Source: Octopus sinensis (taxonomy: Eukaryota). From it: a stretch of DNA of 64,000 nucleotides. Shown here piece after piece: positions 36,240-49,921 of this stretch. The notes under the pieces were generated by a model that did no database searches, was not told where the DNA came from, and saw nothing but the letters and a program-made list of their open reading frames with translations. The stretch spans positions 18,724,001 to 18,788,000 of the forward strand of contig NC_043017.1 in the NCBI RefSeq assembly GCF_006345805.1, in the 5' to 3' direction. Both the position numbers and the translations under genes were made by a program. Numbering within the stretch: position 1 is the first letter of the stretch; every line of letters starts with the position of its first letter.

Positions 36240-38584
36240 ACCCAAAACCCCAGTATTTCTATTAAATTGTTGGATTATAAATGACAAGCATTAATTAATA
36301 AATATTAATTACTAACATTGGCTCAAGGCCACACATTTTGGGGAAGTTCTGGATGGATTCAATCTACAACAAACAAAGTAGTACGAAAGATAAAGACCAA
36401 TGTAGTGGGATTTGAACTGAGAACATAAATGGATGTAACTTAATACCAAACATGCTACCCACCACCCATAAATGGTTGAGAGCAGTGTTAATGTAGCTTC
36501 TTTGGTAACAAAACAAGACTTTCGTCTTGTTGATGGAAATATACCAGTAATACTTTCCAGTTGACAGGAACACAATTTATAATTAATGGACATAAGGACA
36601 ACAACTTCACTATGAATTTACTTGTAGATGTAATCTTCTCTGTAAATTCTTACTATTCAATACAAGACATCTGGATGAATGACTCTACCATATTGTTATG
36701 TTAGATATGAAGACAGTCTCAGTGATAGACCAGTTAGTGTTATAAGGTCTCTCTTCCATATTCCTCTAATGTCATCAATCTCTGCCACTCAGTAACTCCT
36801 CTTGGAGACATCCACCCTGATGTAGATATATGTACAGTCGTGTTGCTTTCATATAATTATATATTGTTGTGTAACACATTTCATTTAAAGGGGGGACTAT
36901 TTCATTGCTTTCTGGTGTAGTAGTGTTTTATTGACAGCCTGTATAGAATAAGGAAACAAGAACTGATATAATGATAGTTTCCCTGTTTACAGAGTGAGAC
37001 GTCATGATAAGACTATTTATTAAGGGACACATTTGGTTGTTGAGGAAAGTTTCTTTTTTTTTTCTTTTTGATATTATTTGAATACAGTCAAAAGTTTAAC
37101 CATTTACTTATCATATTTCTGTTGCAAAACACTGCTTGTCTTTAAATCAATTTTGAAAATGATGAAAAATTTACTAAAAATAACTTTATCATTACTAAGT
37201 TAGTGTCTGGAACATAAATTAACTTGAAATTTTGATGTAAAGTTTTAATTTAGATCACTTTAACCTTTATCTTACCATATTTTTGTTAGAATGCACTACT
37301 GTTCTTTCAATTAATTTTGAAAATAACGAGGAAGTTATTAAAATAAGATGATTGTGAATAAATTGGGGACTGCTCTTCTTTCAACCATGTTGCATTAAAA
37401 ACTTGCCTATGTTTCTATTTTATTTAGTATGTGTCACATCTTCCCCTTTAGTCCTTCCTGTTTACTTTCGAACAGTATCATTCCTGAGTCCATTAACATT
37501 AAAACCTTAGCCTCATCATCTGAATGAAATGGTGGTAATTCTGACAAGTTCATGCAGTTTGCAGCAGCCTACAAAAGATCACAAAATAATTTTATTATTA
37601 ATATCAATGCTGCATTTAAAATCATTCTGTGGTATATTTCATCGTTTATTTCACATGTGGTGCCTTGGTTTGTTAAAGTTCCATCATTAATCTTCTTGTT
37701 TTTGATGTAATTCTGTATAAATATTGTTGTGTTGTTGTTGACTAAGGTTTTCTTTCGAATTTTATTTTATGTACTGAATATGAGGAATTATGATGGTTTT
37801 GTGTTTTGAATTCAAAAAGTGACATAATTAAATGTCTTGTAGAAAAGTTTGAGACTTGAAGGCAATAACTTTGCGATTTTTGTTACTGGTGACAGGCAAA
37901 GCGTTAAGGTTAAAAGCAAACCAAAAATTAACCCAATACTACAGCACTGGCCTATAAAAAGATATATGGAAGGCAGCAATATTTATCTACTTCATATGAT
38001 ACACCATAGAAGCTAATTTTTGTGATGGATAAGAAACAGACACTTTCAGATAATAACTGGCTGATGACATTCACCAGCAGATGTAACAATAACTTGGATG
38101 TCTGCAATTAAGTGGCTCCCACTGTGTATACAACTTTTAGTCATGAAAAGGGCTGAAAGTGTTAAATGAGCTCCATTGTTCATGTAAATGTTTATATATA
38201 CAGTTTATTAATATAGAAGAAATGCACTAGAATGTCCACTTTTTAAGTATGTTTTATATTGTTTCTCTTTTATTTCAGGATATCATATCACATTGGCATA
38301 AAAGAATATTTTACTTTTGTGTCATCTTTTAAAGAAGATAGAGAGCAGATATAACCCTCATTGCATAAATCTATGGTAGAATTACTGTGAAGCATTTGCC
38401 GTGAACTGAGATTAGTTTTCAAAGCTTCCCTACTTCACTTTGGATTACAAAAGAGTTTGCAACATCTTCAAAATTGACAAATGTTGTAGCAAATGTATGT
38501 ATTGCGGAAGAAATAATTATTAACAATAAACTAAAAACTAAAAGAAGGGAAACCTTTGTGTATTGTGGTGAGAGACAAAAAATT

Positions 38585-39769
38585 ATGGAAAATGAGTTCA
38601 GTGAAAACAATATTGAATGTGAAACAGAGTCGAAGAGGATTGATTTTCCTAATGATAAAAAGAAAAAGAAAGATAAAATACATCAGTGTGATATCTGTAA
38701 AAAGTCATTCTCTGGAAAAAGTAGCCTAACTGCCCATAAACGCATTCATACAGGAGAAAAGCCATACCATTGTGATGTCTGTGGTAAATCATTCTCTGTG
38801 AATAGTGCCTTAACTTCTCACAAACGTATCCATACAGATGAGAAGCCATATCATTGTGATATCTGTGGGAAATCATTCTCTCAAATAAGTAACTTAACTA
38901 CTCACAAACGTGTTCACACAGGAGAGAAGCCATATCAGTGTGAGATATGTGGTAAATCATTCTCTGTAAGTAGTGCTGTAAATTCTCACAAACGTGTTCA
39001 TACAGGAGAGAAACCAAATCACTGTGATATCTGTGGTAAATCATTTTCTGTAAGTAGCCACTTGACTATACACAAACACATTCATACAGGGGAGAAGCCA
39101 TACCAATGTGATTTATGTGGTAAATCATTCTCTGTAAGTAGTGCTGTAAACAAACACAAACGTATTCACACAAGGGAAAAGCCATATCACTGTAATATCT
39201 GTGGTAAATCATTCATTCAGTTGAGTCACTTAACAACACACAAACTTATTCATACAGGAGAGAAGCCATATCATTGTGATATTTGTGGCAAATCATTCTC
39301 TGGAAGTAGTGAATTAACTATGCATAAACGTATTCACACAGGACAGAAGCCATATCACTGTAGTATCTGTGGTAAATCATTCTCTCAAAATAGTCATTTA
39401 ACTAAACACATACGTGTTCATACTGGAGAGAAACTATATCACTGTGATATTTGCAGTAAATCATTCTCTCAAAAAGGCAATCTGATTATTCACAAGCACG
39501 TCCATGAAGGTGAAAAACCATATCACTGTGATATCTGCGGCAAATCATTCTCTGGAAGCAGTTACTTAACTTCTCATAAACGCATCCATACAGGTGAGAA
39601 ACCTTACCATTGTAATATCTGTGGGAAATCATTTTCTCATAGTGGTAACATAACCATTCACAAACGTATTCATACAGGAGAAAAGCCATATCACTGTAAT
39701 ATCTGTGGTAAATCATTTTCTCAAAGAAGTAATTTGGCTACACATGTAGGTATTCATATACAACAATGA
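38585..39769 (+). CDS. C2H2 zinc-finger protein ZNF-6, 13 tandem fingers
   Basis: ATG at 38585 (MENEFSE) aligns with paralogs; 13 fingers. Confidence 0.95.
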   Translation: MENEFSENNIECETESKRIDFPNDKKKKKDKIHQCDICKKSFSGKSSLTAHKRIHTGEKPYHCDVCGKSFSVNSALTSHKRIHTDEKPYHCDICGKSFSQISNLTTHKRVHTGEKPYQCEICGKSFSVSSAVNSHKRVHTGEKPNHCDICGKSFSVSSHLTIHKHIHTGEKPYQCDLCGKSFSVSSAVNKHKRIHTREKPYHCNICGKSFIQLSHLTTHKLIHTGEKPYHCDICGKSFSGSSELTMHKRIHTGQKPYHCSICGKSFSQNSHLTKHIRVHTGEKLYHCDICSKSFSQKGNLIIHKHVHEGEKPYHCDICGKSFSGSSYLTSHKRIHTGEKPYHCNICGKSFSHSGNITIHKRIHTGEKPYHCNICGKSFSQRSNLATHVGIHIQQ

Positions 39770-41099
39770 CTATTAATGTTGAAGTCACTGTTATATTACA
39801 GTGCAACCTCTGTATTAAGTTTTGTTGATCAAATTAGTTTTGCCTTCCTCTTAATATTGTGTACGTGTGTAAATGCATATACACTTACTGCTTCATTTAC
39901 TCTTTATTCTCTCTCCCAACTATTTATATGACACTTGATTACGATGCATAAATGTTTCATCCAAATGTAAATTTTGTATTTTATTCTGACCGAAGAATTT
40001 CCAATAGGAAATTGCTTCCACATGTGCACTTTTGCGATTCCTATTAGGAAATGAAACTTGTATAATGGTGAATAAATAATACCAAAGAATTTTTCAAACT
40101 TCTTCTTTTTGATATGTAATTACTCTGCAATGTAATTACTTGCTGAATTTTCCAACTCTAATATGTACTTCACATAAATATAACAACTACTCGCTGGATT
40201 GCAATGCTGAAATAGGCAGATCTGCTTCAAGAGGACACAGCTGGGATTTTAACCATCTACATAATGTACTTTGAGGATATATCCCGATGCATCTCCATCA
40301 CCAACTCTCTCTCTGTCTTTCTCTTTCTTTTCCAACTGGTGTAGCAATGTATCTCTACAGCAAAATATCTATCCTTCAATACTACTCCCTCTCCCAGTCA
40401 AGGGGTCTTTGTCCTACGAGATATTTGTTGACCCTGCTGGTGCAGGTGCCTCGTAAAAAACACTCAGTACAATTTGTAAAGTGGAAGGCATCAGCCATAG
40501 TAACTATACCAAAGCAGACAATAGAGTTTTGTGCAGTTCTCTGGTTTGCCACTTCCTATCAGATACTATCACTCCAGCATCATGGAAAACAAACATTAAA
40601 TAATGATGATGACATTTATATCTATCTATATGAGCAAAACGCCCCCTGTCCAATGGACGGTGCTGAGTTGTCAAACATTTAAACCAAATTTTCTCAAAAC
40701 AACTTGTCCGACCGTCCCATAGTCTTTCCTTTTGAGAAACACTGATTTAACCTAAATTTGAGACACCAGCAAAAGAAGAAATAAAGATAGACTTTTTTTC
40801 TATTCCAAAGAAAAACGATTTTATTCACACAAATATGCAACCAAAGAGTTTAAAGTACCAGTAATGATAAGGCTGTTGACTGGGAGAACACAAACATGGT
40901 TTAAACACTTCTTTTCATTAAAAAATAATTAAGCATGCCTTTATTTCAATAAAATTTTTAGTTTTGTTAAACGAATTTAAGACAAAAAAAAACTTGAGAA
41001 ACCAAAGTCTTTCCTTCCTTCATGCCAAGTTTGAAGAAAATATCTCTTTTGCACTTACTTTTTTGGTCTCTTAAATATACTGCATTTTGTGGCATTATT

Positions 41100-41381
41100 T
41101 CAAACCAGCCGGCTTTTTTGCGCAAACTGCACATGCATTTTTCTCGCGTACACGTAGTATCAATCGCAACAGTTGATGTACTTGTGAGTACAAATGCATG
41201 TTCCCACAGCTTTATTGATTGCATTCTCACCTGGAATCGATTTTTGTAATTTTTTCAAGACTTATACATGCCCTGATACCGTCGGTATCTACATATCAAA
41301 TTTGAGCGCAATCAGAAGGAGGATGCCCAAGATCCTAGAGCACACACACACAGACAGACAGAACGGATTTTATATAATAGA
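41100..41381 (-). mobile_element. Helitron-like 5' fragment
   Basis: Minus strand begins ATCTATTATATAAAATCCGTTCTGTCTGTCTGTGTG, resembling the 5' end of the 23787 Helitron. Confidence 0.5.
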
Positions 41382-42122
41382 TATGGTAATGACCATGAGA
41401 TTGCACCTAGAAAGTTCCCCTCTGAGGCACAAGTCCAGGCAATATAATTTTCTCTGATGTTGTGGAGACAGAAATGTTTACATTTCACTTGAACTACTTT
41501 TGAAACATTGAAACAGTTACCAAAATCTTTTGGAATATATTGAGATCACTGACATGGAACTTCTCCATGAAAACGTTTAACAACATGGGCACAGGTATGG
41601 CTGTGTTGTTGAGAAGCCTGCATTGCAACCACATGGCTTTAGGTTCAGTCTCACTGTGCAACAACTTGAGCAGGAGTCTTCTACTATAACCTTAGGCTAA
41701 CTAATGCCTTCTGAGTGAATTCTGCCAGATAGAAACTGTACGGAACCCAATTGTGTGTGTGTATGACTAATAGGCATGTGGCTGAGTGGTTATGATGTTG
41801 CACTCGTGATTGCTAAACCGTGGGTTCAATTCTTGCACTGAGCAACACGTGTTCTTGTGCAAAACACATCAATTTCACGTTGCTCCAGTCCACTCAGCTG
41901 TACATGGGTCCCCCTGTGACTGACTAGCCTTCTGATTAGGGGCAATGTTGGCCTGTTCGCCTAGTCAGTGGTGTGGCATCACGACCAGCGATGTGTATCA
42001 ACATGATAGCCTGGTCGATCTCATGATTAAGGTCAAGAAAATTACTGTAATATAGCATAAAGTGGTGTTTAAACATAAACGAACTTAAGCTTGGTTAAAA
42101 TATGTTTGTGACATATCTCAAC

Positions 42123-42271
42123 TGCTAAAGGCAAATCCACTGCAGTTACCATGGAGAAAAAAATTCTCTTTTATGGTAGGTGTAAAATGCCAGATATGGT
42201 GTTTTTATACCTTTTTACCATAACAGAAAATTTTTTTCTCCACAGTAACTGCAGTGGATCTGCCTTTAGCA
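42123..42271. repeat. 149-bp fold-back palindrome (MITE-like)
   Basis: TGCTAAAGGCAAATCCACTGCAGTTAC versus GTAACTGCAGTGGATCTGCCTTTAGCA; pairing continues to the centre. Confidence 0.85.
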
Positions 42272-42889
42272 CTAGCATAGCTAGAGTGTGTGCCACTTGG
42301 GGTGGACCTACCATCTGCCACTCCTGGACTCCACAAGAAAACACATATTGCCTACAGCTGCCTGGGGTAGACAGCTCCTACCGTGTCCCACTAGCTACAC
42401 TAGTGGCCTTTAGCAAGTGTAATAGGTCACAAACATATTTTAACTAACCTAAAGTTTGCAGACACACACACACACATCATCATCATCATCATCGTTTAAC
42501 GTCCGTTCTCCATGCTAGCATGGGTTGGACGGTTCGACCGGGGATCTGGGAAGCCAGAAGGCTGCACCAGGCTCCGGTCTTATCTGGCAATGTTTCTACA
42601 GCTGGATGCCCTTCCTAACGCCAACCACTCCGTGAGTGTAGTGGGTGCTTTTTACGTGCCACCTGCACTGGTGCCAAGCGAGGCTGGCATCGGCCACGGT
42701 CGGATTGGTGCATTTTACGTGCCACCTGCATGGAAGCCAGTCGAGGCGGCGCTGGCATCGGCCATGATTCGGATAGTGCTTTTTACGTATCTCCAGTCCA
42801 GGGGTCCTGGCATCTGCCGGGTGCCAGTCATAGGATTGGTTCAATTTCGATTCCGATTTCACTTGCCCCAACAGGTCTTCGCAAAAGTA

Positions 42890-43430
42890 TTTAGCTAAGA
42901 ACAAGCCATTGTACTTGTCATTTGTTGATCTAGAGAGAGCTTTCAAATGTACCTCACTGTGATACAGTGGCCTTTGTGGAAGTTAGAGATAGATGAATGG
43001 CTTGTGAAAGCAGTACAGGCCTTGTACAGAGATGCTGTTAGTAAGGTAAGAGTTAGCAATGGGTACAGTGATGAAGTCAGTGTACAGGTGTTTACCAAGG
43101 CTCGGTCCTCAGGCCCCTCCTATTCATCATTTACCAGAAGGGTGAAAGGTTATTCAATTTCTTGCTTACTTGGGTCTTGGTCTTTATTTCCACATCAGGA
43201 ATTTCTTTTCTAATTCTGTAACAGATTCTTCCAGGAGGGCAAGATCACCAGCAGATAGTAGTTCCCATGGGCTTCCAGTTTTAAATTCCTCTGATATGGC
43301 CTGGAGGATGATGATGGTGAATAGGAGGGGGCTGATATCTGAGCCTTGGTGAGTACCTACTTGTACAATGAATTCATCATTGTACTCATAGCCAACCTTT
43401 ACCTTACCAACAGCACCCCTGTACATAGCA
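42890..43430. mobile_element. Two RTE reverse-transcriptase fragments in inverted orientation
   Basis: Plus strand: FVDLERAF, EWLVKAVQALYRDAVSKVRV. Minus strand: VGTHQGSDISPLLFTI, WELLSAGDLAL. Confidence 0.8.
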
Positions 43431-43974
43431 ATTATATCAAGTTTAAGGTTACATTAATACTTGCAAATTAACATTCAGTTTAGCCATCAAGTCATGAAGG
43501 AATCATACAAGAAATAAAAGAAATGATAAAACAGTAGAAATCAAAACCAACATCAGAATTGGTCTCTCGGTAGGATACATCCATAATAACATTTAAACCA
43601 GAATATATGCAAGATACATGAAACAATGTATAGAAGATGCAGAATACATACAAGATATCATATGTACATAATGATATAAATGAAATATTTTCTTTTATGG
43701 TTTCTGTATTTATTTCTTACCTAATAACTGTACAGGGATGTTATAACAGGGCTTGTGAGAATAGATTCCTCAGTTATTTACCCACAATGCCAAATAAAAT
43801 CAATTGTATCTTTTTTCCTATCAGAAGGAATATTTTGAAAGAATAATTTTCTTATACACATCACAGCTGTAAGTTATCAGTGTGTTGATATACTTTTGGT
43901 TATATAAAATAGTGCCTGCAGATTGTTATCTCACTGTGGTATCTTCTTTCATCTGTCAGCATCACCATTTAATG

Positions 43975-44115
43975 TCTGGAGTAGGAGTCTTCTGGAGTAC
44001 AGCAAGGTACCAGGCATCTCAATCCTTTTGTCATCTCACCTGAAAGGTTCAGTGACCTGAGGTCATTCTTCAGTACTTCATCCCATATCTTCCTGGGTCT
44101 CCCACTTTCACGTTT
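43975..44115 (-). mobile_element. RTE LINE extreme 3' fragment
   Basis: RESGRPRKIWDEVLKNDLRSLNL matches the RTE C-terminal RGRPRKTW motif. Confidence 0.65.
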
Positions 44116-44558
44116 CAATACATTTATTATCATATAAGATATTTTTACATTCAATGAATTCTGACTGTTATGATATAGTACAACATACAGTTAACTTTTG
44201 TAGATCAAATTAATCTTTTCCCATTTCGTTAATTATACTCAAACATTTAAATAATACTATAGAGCATGAATATTCGTTATTTCATAATTAGATTTGCAAA
44301 CAAGAAAAAAATGAATTTAATCAAAAAAAAAAAACCCAGTAAACTATGAAGTTTACCATTAAGGAGAATTATCATTGTTAAAATTTATAAATATCGATAT
44401 TTTCCTATATAGAGGAGACTTGGTGTTGATAAAATTAGCAACTTACCCTATGGGAAAGTATTAACATTCATTATATGACTAATTATATGAAAAAAGAAAA
44501 GGGAAAAATTCATTTAATCAATAAAAACTAAATCAAATGAATTTAAATTTTGGTTCAG

Positions 44559-45830
44559 TTATTGGTCTTTATGTTTATTTATATGCGAAGTTAAATTGGT
44601 TTCTTGAGAGAATGAATTGCCACAGACATCACAGTGATATGGCTTCTCATCTGTATGGATACGTACGTGCTTAGTTAATTCGCTATTTTGAGAAAATGAT
44701 TTATGACAGATATCACAAGAAAACAGTTGCTCTGCTGTATGAGTATGTTTGTGTCTAGTTACATTACCACTTTTAAAAAATGATTTACCACACACATCAC
44801 AGTGATACGGCTTCTCTCCTGTATGAACGTGCTTGTGCATATTTAAGTCGCTATTTCTTGTAAATGATTTACCACAAATGTTACAGCAATATGGTTTCTC
44901 TCCTGTATGACTGTACCTGTGTGTAATTAAGTGAGTACTTACAGAGAATGATTTACCACAGATATCACAGAAATATGGTTTCTCTCCTGTATGAATGCGT
45001 TTGTGTGTTGTTAAGTTACTACTTGCACAGAATGATTTGCCACAGACATCACAGTGATATGGTTTTTCTCCTGTGTGGATACGTATGTGTTTAGTTAAGA
45101 CACCACTCCCAGAGAATGATTTACCACAGATATCACAGTGGAATGGTTTATCTCCTGTATGAATACGTTTGTGTACAGTTAATTCGCTACTTCCATAGAA
45201 TGATTTATCACAAATACCACACTGATATGGCTTCTCTCCTGTATGAATACGTTTGTGCTTTGTTAAGGGACTTATCTGAGAGAATGATTTACCACAGATA
45301 TGACAGCGATATGGTTTCTCTCCTGTATGAATACGCTTGTGAGAAGTTAATATACCTGTCTCAGAGAACGATTTCCCACAAATATCACACTGATACGGCT
45401 TCTCTCCTGTGTGAATGCGTCTATGAGAAGTTAATTCACAATTCTGAGAAAATGATTTGCCGCAGATATCACAATGATATGGTTTTTCTCCTGTATGAAT
45501 ACGTGTGTGATTAGTTAAGTTACAATTCGTAGAGAATGATTTACCACAGATCTTACAACGATATGGTTTCTCCCCTGTATGTATGCGTTTGTGTAAAATT
45601 AAGGTATTCTTTTGAGCAAAGGATTCACCACAGATATCACAGGGAAATGGTTTTTCTCCAGTATGAGTACGTTTGTGAATACAAAGGTTACCTTTTTGAG
45701 AGAATGACTTGTTACAGATGTCACAGTAATATAAAGGTTTTCCATTCTCTTCCATTTTCTCGTTAAGAAAATCAATCTTTTCAACCTGAGTTCCACATTT
45801 AACTTTATTCTCACATAACTCATCTTCCAT
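44559..45830 (-). CDS. C2H2 zinc-finger protein ZNF-7, 14 tandem fingers
   Basis: Family start MEDELCE at 45830; an in-frame upstream ATG at 45941 lies inside a LINE insertion. 14 fingers. Confidence 0.95.
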   Translation of the reverse strand: MEDELCENKVKCGTQVEKIDFLNEKMEENGKPLYYCDICNKSFSQKGNLCIHKRTHTGEKPFPCDICGESFAQKNTLILHKRIHTGEKPYRCKICGKSFSTNCNLTNHTRIHTGEKPYHCDICGKSFSQNCELTSHRRIHTGEKPYQCDICGKSFSETGILTSHKRIHTGEKPYRCHICGKSFSQISPLTKHKRIHTGEKPYQCGICDKSFYGSSELTVHKRIHTGDKPFHCDICGKSFSGSGVLTKHIRIHTGEKPYHCDVCGKSFCASSNLTTHKRIHTGEKPYFCDICGKSFSVSTHLITHRYSHTGEKPYCCNICGKSFTRNSDLNMHKHVHTGEKPYHCDVCGKSFFKSGNVTRHKHTHTAEQLFSCDICHKSFSQNSELTKHVRIHTDEKPYHCDVCGNSFSQETNLTSHINKHKDQ

Positions 45831-45870
45831 AATTGTTTGTCTCCCACCATAAAACTTCAAAAGATTTTGA

Positions 45871-46127
45871 TTTGAAGCATGGAACAAACTGCCGGCATCA
45901 GTTGTTAGTTGTCGGAGCACTGCATCCTTCAAAACTTCCATGCTTTCTGAGATTCGCCAACACTACACCTGATTTTCTCCCCTCCATACACACACAAGCA
46001 TGTATCTGACTCATACATTGTTCGCTTTCCAGACATTTGTACATTACTGTATATACTTTATCCACACTGTCTGACAAGTTGTGGTGCACCTGAGCACTGT
46101 ATACAATAATTTCATTATTATTATTAT
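45871..46127 (+). mobile_element. 5'-truncated CR1/L2-type LINE, antisense in ZNF-7 5' UTR
   Basis: FEAWNKLPASVVSCRSTASFKTSM...* (WNxLP..VV...SFK motif), a 3' UTR and an (ATT)n tail. Confidence 0.85.
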
Positions 46128-46625
46128 ATATTATATTTCATTCCTAACAAATATTTCTTCTGCTACATTTCCTTCCATCGTCTTTGTTGAGATTTGAATG
46201 TACACAAACTCCATTTTTGTCCAAATTTATTTAGAAGGCAAAATCATCTTGTATGGCTATTTTGCAAATAATCTCAGCTCGGAGTCAATATTTCACAGTA
46301 ATTCTACCACAGATTTATATAACGAATGGTTACATTTGTTGTGTATGACATCTTCCATTTGTCTTGAAAGGATGATAAATATTGATGGATCTCAGGTAAA
46401 TAATATTCTTTAATGCCAATATCATTTGATATTCTGAAAGAAAAGAGAACAAAATATAAAATGCAGAGGATACTTAAACCAAAGACATTCAACACTGGAC
46501 ATCTTATTACATTTCTTCTAATATTGATAAACTGTAGTTATAAACTTCTTCCTGGACATTGGAACCCATCTAATACATGCATCCATTTTCAAGACTAAAA
46601 GCTTTATATACATACTCCATACACA

Positions 46626-46657
<32 letters not shown>

Positions 46658-47083
46658 GGGGAGAAAGAGAGAGTGTGCCTCTTACACATAGATGACAATA
46701 CACATGTTCACTCACTTACACGCACTCTCTCTCAAACACACACACATGCACACAAAAAGGATGTATGCATATGTAATGATGTATGTATGTATACATGACA
46801 ACACACCCCTTCACTCACTCACTCTCTTTCACACACACATCCATTTCATATACACGTACCTATTTCTTTATTACCCACAAGGGGCTAAACATAGAGGGGA
46901 CAAACAAAGACAGACATAGGTATTAAATTGATTACATCAACCCCAGTGCGTAACTGGTACTTAATTTATCGACCCCGAAAGGATGAAAGGCAAAGTCGAC
47001 CTCGGCGGAATTTGAACTCACAACGTAACGGCAGACGAAATACGGCTACGCATTTCGCCCGGCGTGCTAATGTTTCTGCCAAA

Positions 47084-47400
47084 GGCAACATCGTTACTTT
47101 AGGAAGATTTCTTTTTTTCTTCACTTTCTTTCCATAATCTTTGAACACATCAAAACAAACAGATGTAGAAGAAAGAGGACACGACCTATTCAATGTAGAC
47201 GTTATTTCTGTTAATAATACTTACATATTAATATAGAGCCGATGACGAAGATGTGATAGATTCAAGTAGTCGCAACTCAGACTGGACAATGACAGCTTTG
47301 ACACAACTTCTATATTTTACAACAAACCTTCATTCAAATTTTTCACATCGACATAATAAAGAATGTTGTAGCTATTTCTTTCCTCGGTTAATTAGCAATC
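47084..47400 (-). promoter_or_regulatory. Upstream module of ZNF-7 (donor at 47224; acceptor 46435-46434)
   Basis: Reverse-complement match to the family module. Confidence 0.7.
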
Positions 47401-49204
47401 ATCTATCAACCGACGTCTTCGATGTATAATTAAGACACACCAAAGTGAGGGAGGTGCATTTTTCAGTGATGTTAAAAAAAATGCACTTCCCACATATTGG
47501 TTTATCTTTATTATTTGAATTTGATAAAATTATTGTTTTTGTTGTTGTTATTGTTATTATTATTATTGTTATTGTTATTATTATTATTATTATTATTAAA
47601 ATTGGGGAAAACAAATTCTTTTACAACACTTATGGTTTGTGAGAAGAGACACTTTAGGTGTTTGGAGGTTTTGAAAAAGGAAACCCTTTGGAAAATGTTT
47701 CCTAGTGTAAATGGTTAATTACAAAAGAGGTAGCGTGGCACCTTGGGCAAGTGTCTTCTACTATGGCCTCGGGCCAACCAAAGCCTTGTGAGTAGATTTG
47801 GTAGATGGAAACTGAAAGAAGCCCATGTATATATACATATGTGTGTGTTTGTGTGTTTGTCTCCCCAAAGTCGCTTGACAACTGATGTTGGTTTGTTTAC
47901 ATCCCCACAACTTAGCGGTTCAGCAAAAGAGAGAGAATAAGTACTAGGCTTACAAAGATTAAGTCCTGGGGTCGATTTGCTCGACTAAATGCGGTGCTCC
48001 AGCATGGCTACATTCAAATGACTGGAAAAGGTGAAGGAATAGGGTATTCCTTTCATTACTGACACATAACAGCATAAAACTAACATTTTGTTTTTCTTTA
48101 ACATTTTTACAACATAAAACAAACGATATTTTTTATTTTATTCCAGTCATTAGAGCATGGCCATGCTGGGGCACTGCTTTGAAAGGTTTTATAGAACAAA
48201 TTGACCCCTATATAGATATTCTTTAAATACCTATTCTATTCGACTCCATACGCCGAACTGCTAATGGGGACATGAACAGACCAGCACTAGTTGTCAAGTG
48301 GTGGGGATGAACAAATACAAAGACACATACACTTATGTATTTATATGATGGGCTTCCACACAGTTTCCATCAACCAAATTCACTCTTAAGGCATTGGTCA
48401 ACCTGGGACTACATTAAAAATAACTCAACCTAGGTGCCTTACCAGGGGATTGAACCTAATACCCATGGTTACAATGCAAGCTTCTTAACCACACTACCAT
48501 ACCTGTACCTACATGCAAACATTTGAATATTTAATCTCCCTTTCCTCCATCACACATGATAGTTTTTTTCTCAGTCTCCTAACCAACAAACATGTAGCTG
48601 CCATTACTGTCTCACTTCCATTACTTCTTACTGTTTCCCCTATCATACTCTCTCTTTGATCACTCTATCACACTATTTCTCCCACTATTTTTCTCCGCCA
48701 TCATTTTCTCTCATTATATCTCCCATCATACTCTCTCCTCCATCACTCCCTCTTACTGTTTCTCTCATCATACTCTCTCTAATTCTCCTATCATACTCTC
48801 TCCTCCCTTGCTCAGTTTCTCCCATCATACTTTTTTTTTTGACACATTGCCTTGAATTGAATGGAAATGGCACAGAAAAGCAAGGAGTTTTTAATCTTGG
48901 TAGGAAAGAAGGTAATCTCATTGTTGCTGGTGTTAAGGAAGGAACTTAACCATAGAAATCACACCAGCACTTGGAGCATTCGAACAAGATGTGCTCTCCA
49001 CCCATAGAGGAGTGGAATAATTCTGAACAAAAAATATCTTGGATTGTGACAACCTATCCAGCACAAGCCAACATGGAAACCAGATGTAAAGTGATTGTGC
49101 TATTTGGTGTAATGATGGTTTCTTTTTTAACTTTGTTTATTTCATTCTAACATAATAACCACAGTGATTTATGAGAATACATATTTCTGACATGATAACT
49201 CTCA

Positions 49205-49505
49205 TGCGGCTCAGTGGTTAGAGCGTCAGGCTCACAATCATGAGGTAACGAGTTCAATTACCAAACAGGGACATGTTGTGTTCTTGAGCAAGACACTCTA
49301 TTTCATGTTGCTCCAGTTCACTCAGCTGTAGAAATGAGTTGCAACATCACTGGTGCCAAGTTGTATCGGCCCCTTTGCCTCTCCCTTGGATAACATTGGT
49401 GGCATGGAGAAGGGAGGCTGGTATACATGAGCAACTGCTGGACTTGTGCCTCGGAGGGGAACTTTCTAGGTGCAATCTCATGAAGATTCATGACCAAAGG
49501 GTGTC
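49205..49505 (+). mobile_element. tRNA-derived SINE, family D (relatives near 26865-27070 and 41770-42030)
   Basis: GCGGCTCAGTGGTTAGAGCG box A, GAGTTCAAT box B, TTGCTCCAGTTCACTCAGCTGTA core. Confidence 0.7.
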
Positions 49506-49921
49506 TTTACTCTATAACTCTAACATAATTTATGAAAATACATTTCTCAATTATTTACCCACAATGTCAAATGCATTGTATATTTTCTTCTTTCTGGAAA
49601 TAAGTGAGACAGAACATATGTATTTTTTTTAATACTTTTATTAAAAATATGACAGTAGTAAGTTACCTCGCCAAAACAGAGATGTAGTTATACAAAAACA
49701 TAGTGTTGCCAAGTTGTTATCTTCTTTCCAGAGTGTAGATATTTATGTTTATGTCAGATACTTGTTTTAAATTTAATTTTAATAGTTGTGGCAAATAGAG
49801 CAATATCAACTAATAAATTTCGCTTTGGATGTGGCTTGCAAGATTATTTATGTGAATTCGTGTGTTGAAGCATCAAATGAAGTAGACCAAAAGTTGCTCT
49901 GACTTTGCTATATTCATATTA

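Noticed and set aside
49205-49270. tRNA gene
   Set aside because: Box A/B present but no acceptor stem; it runs directly into a SINE body.
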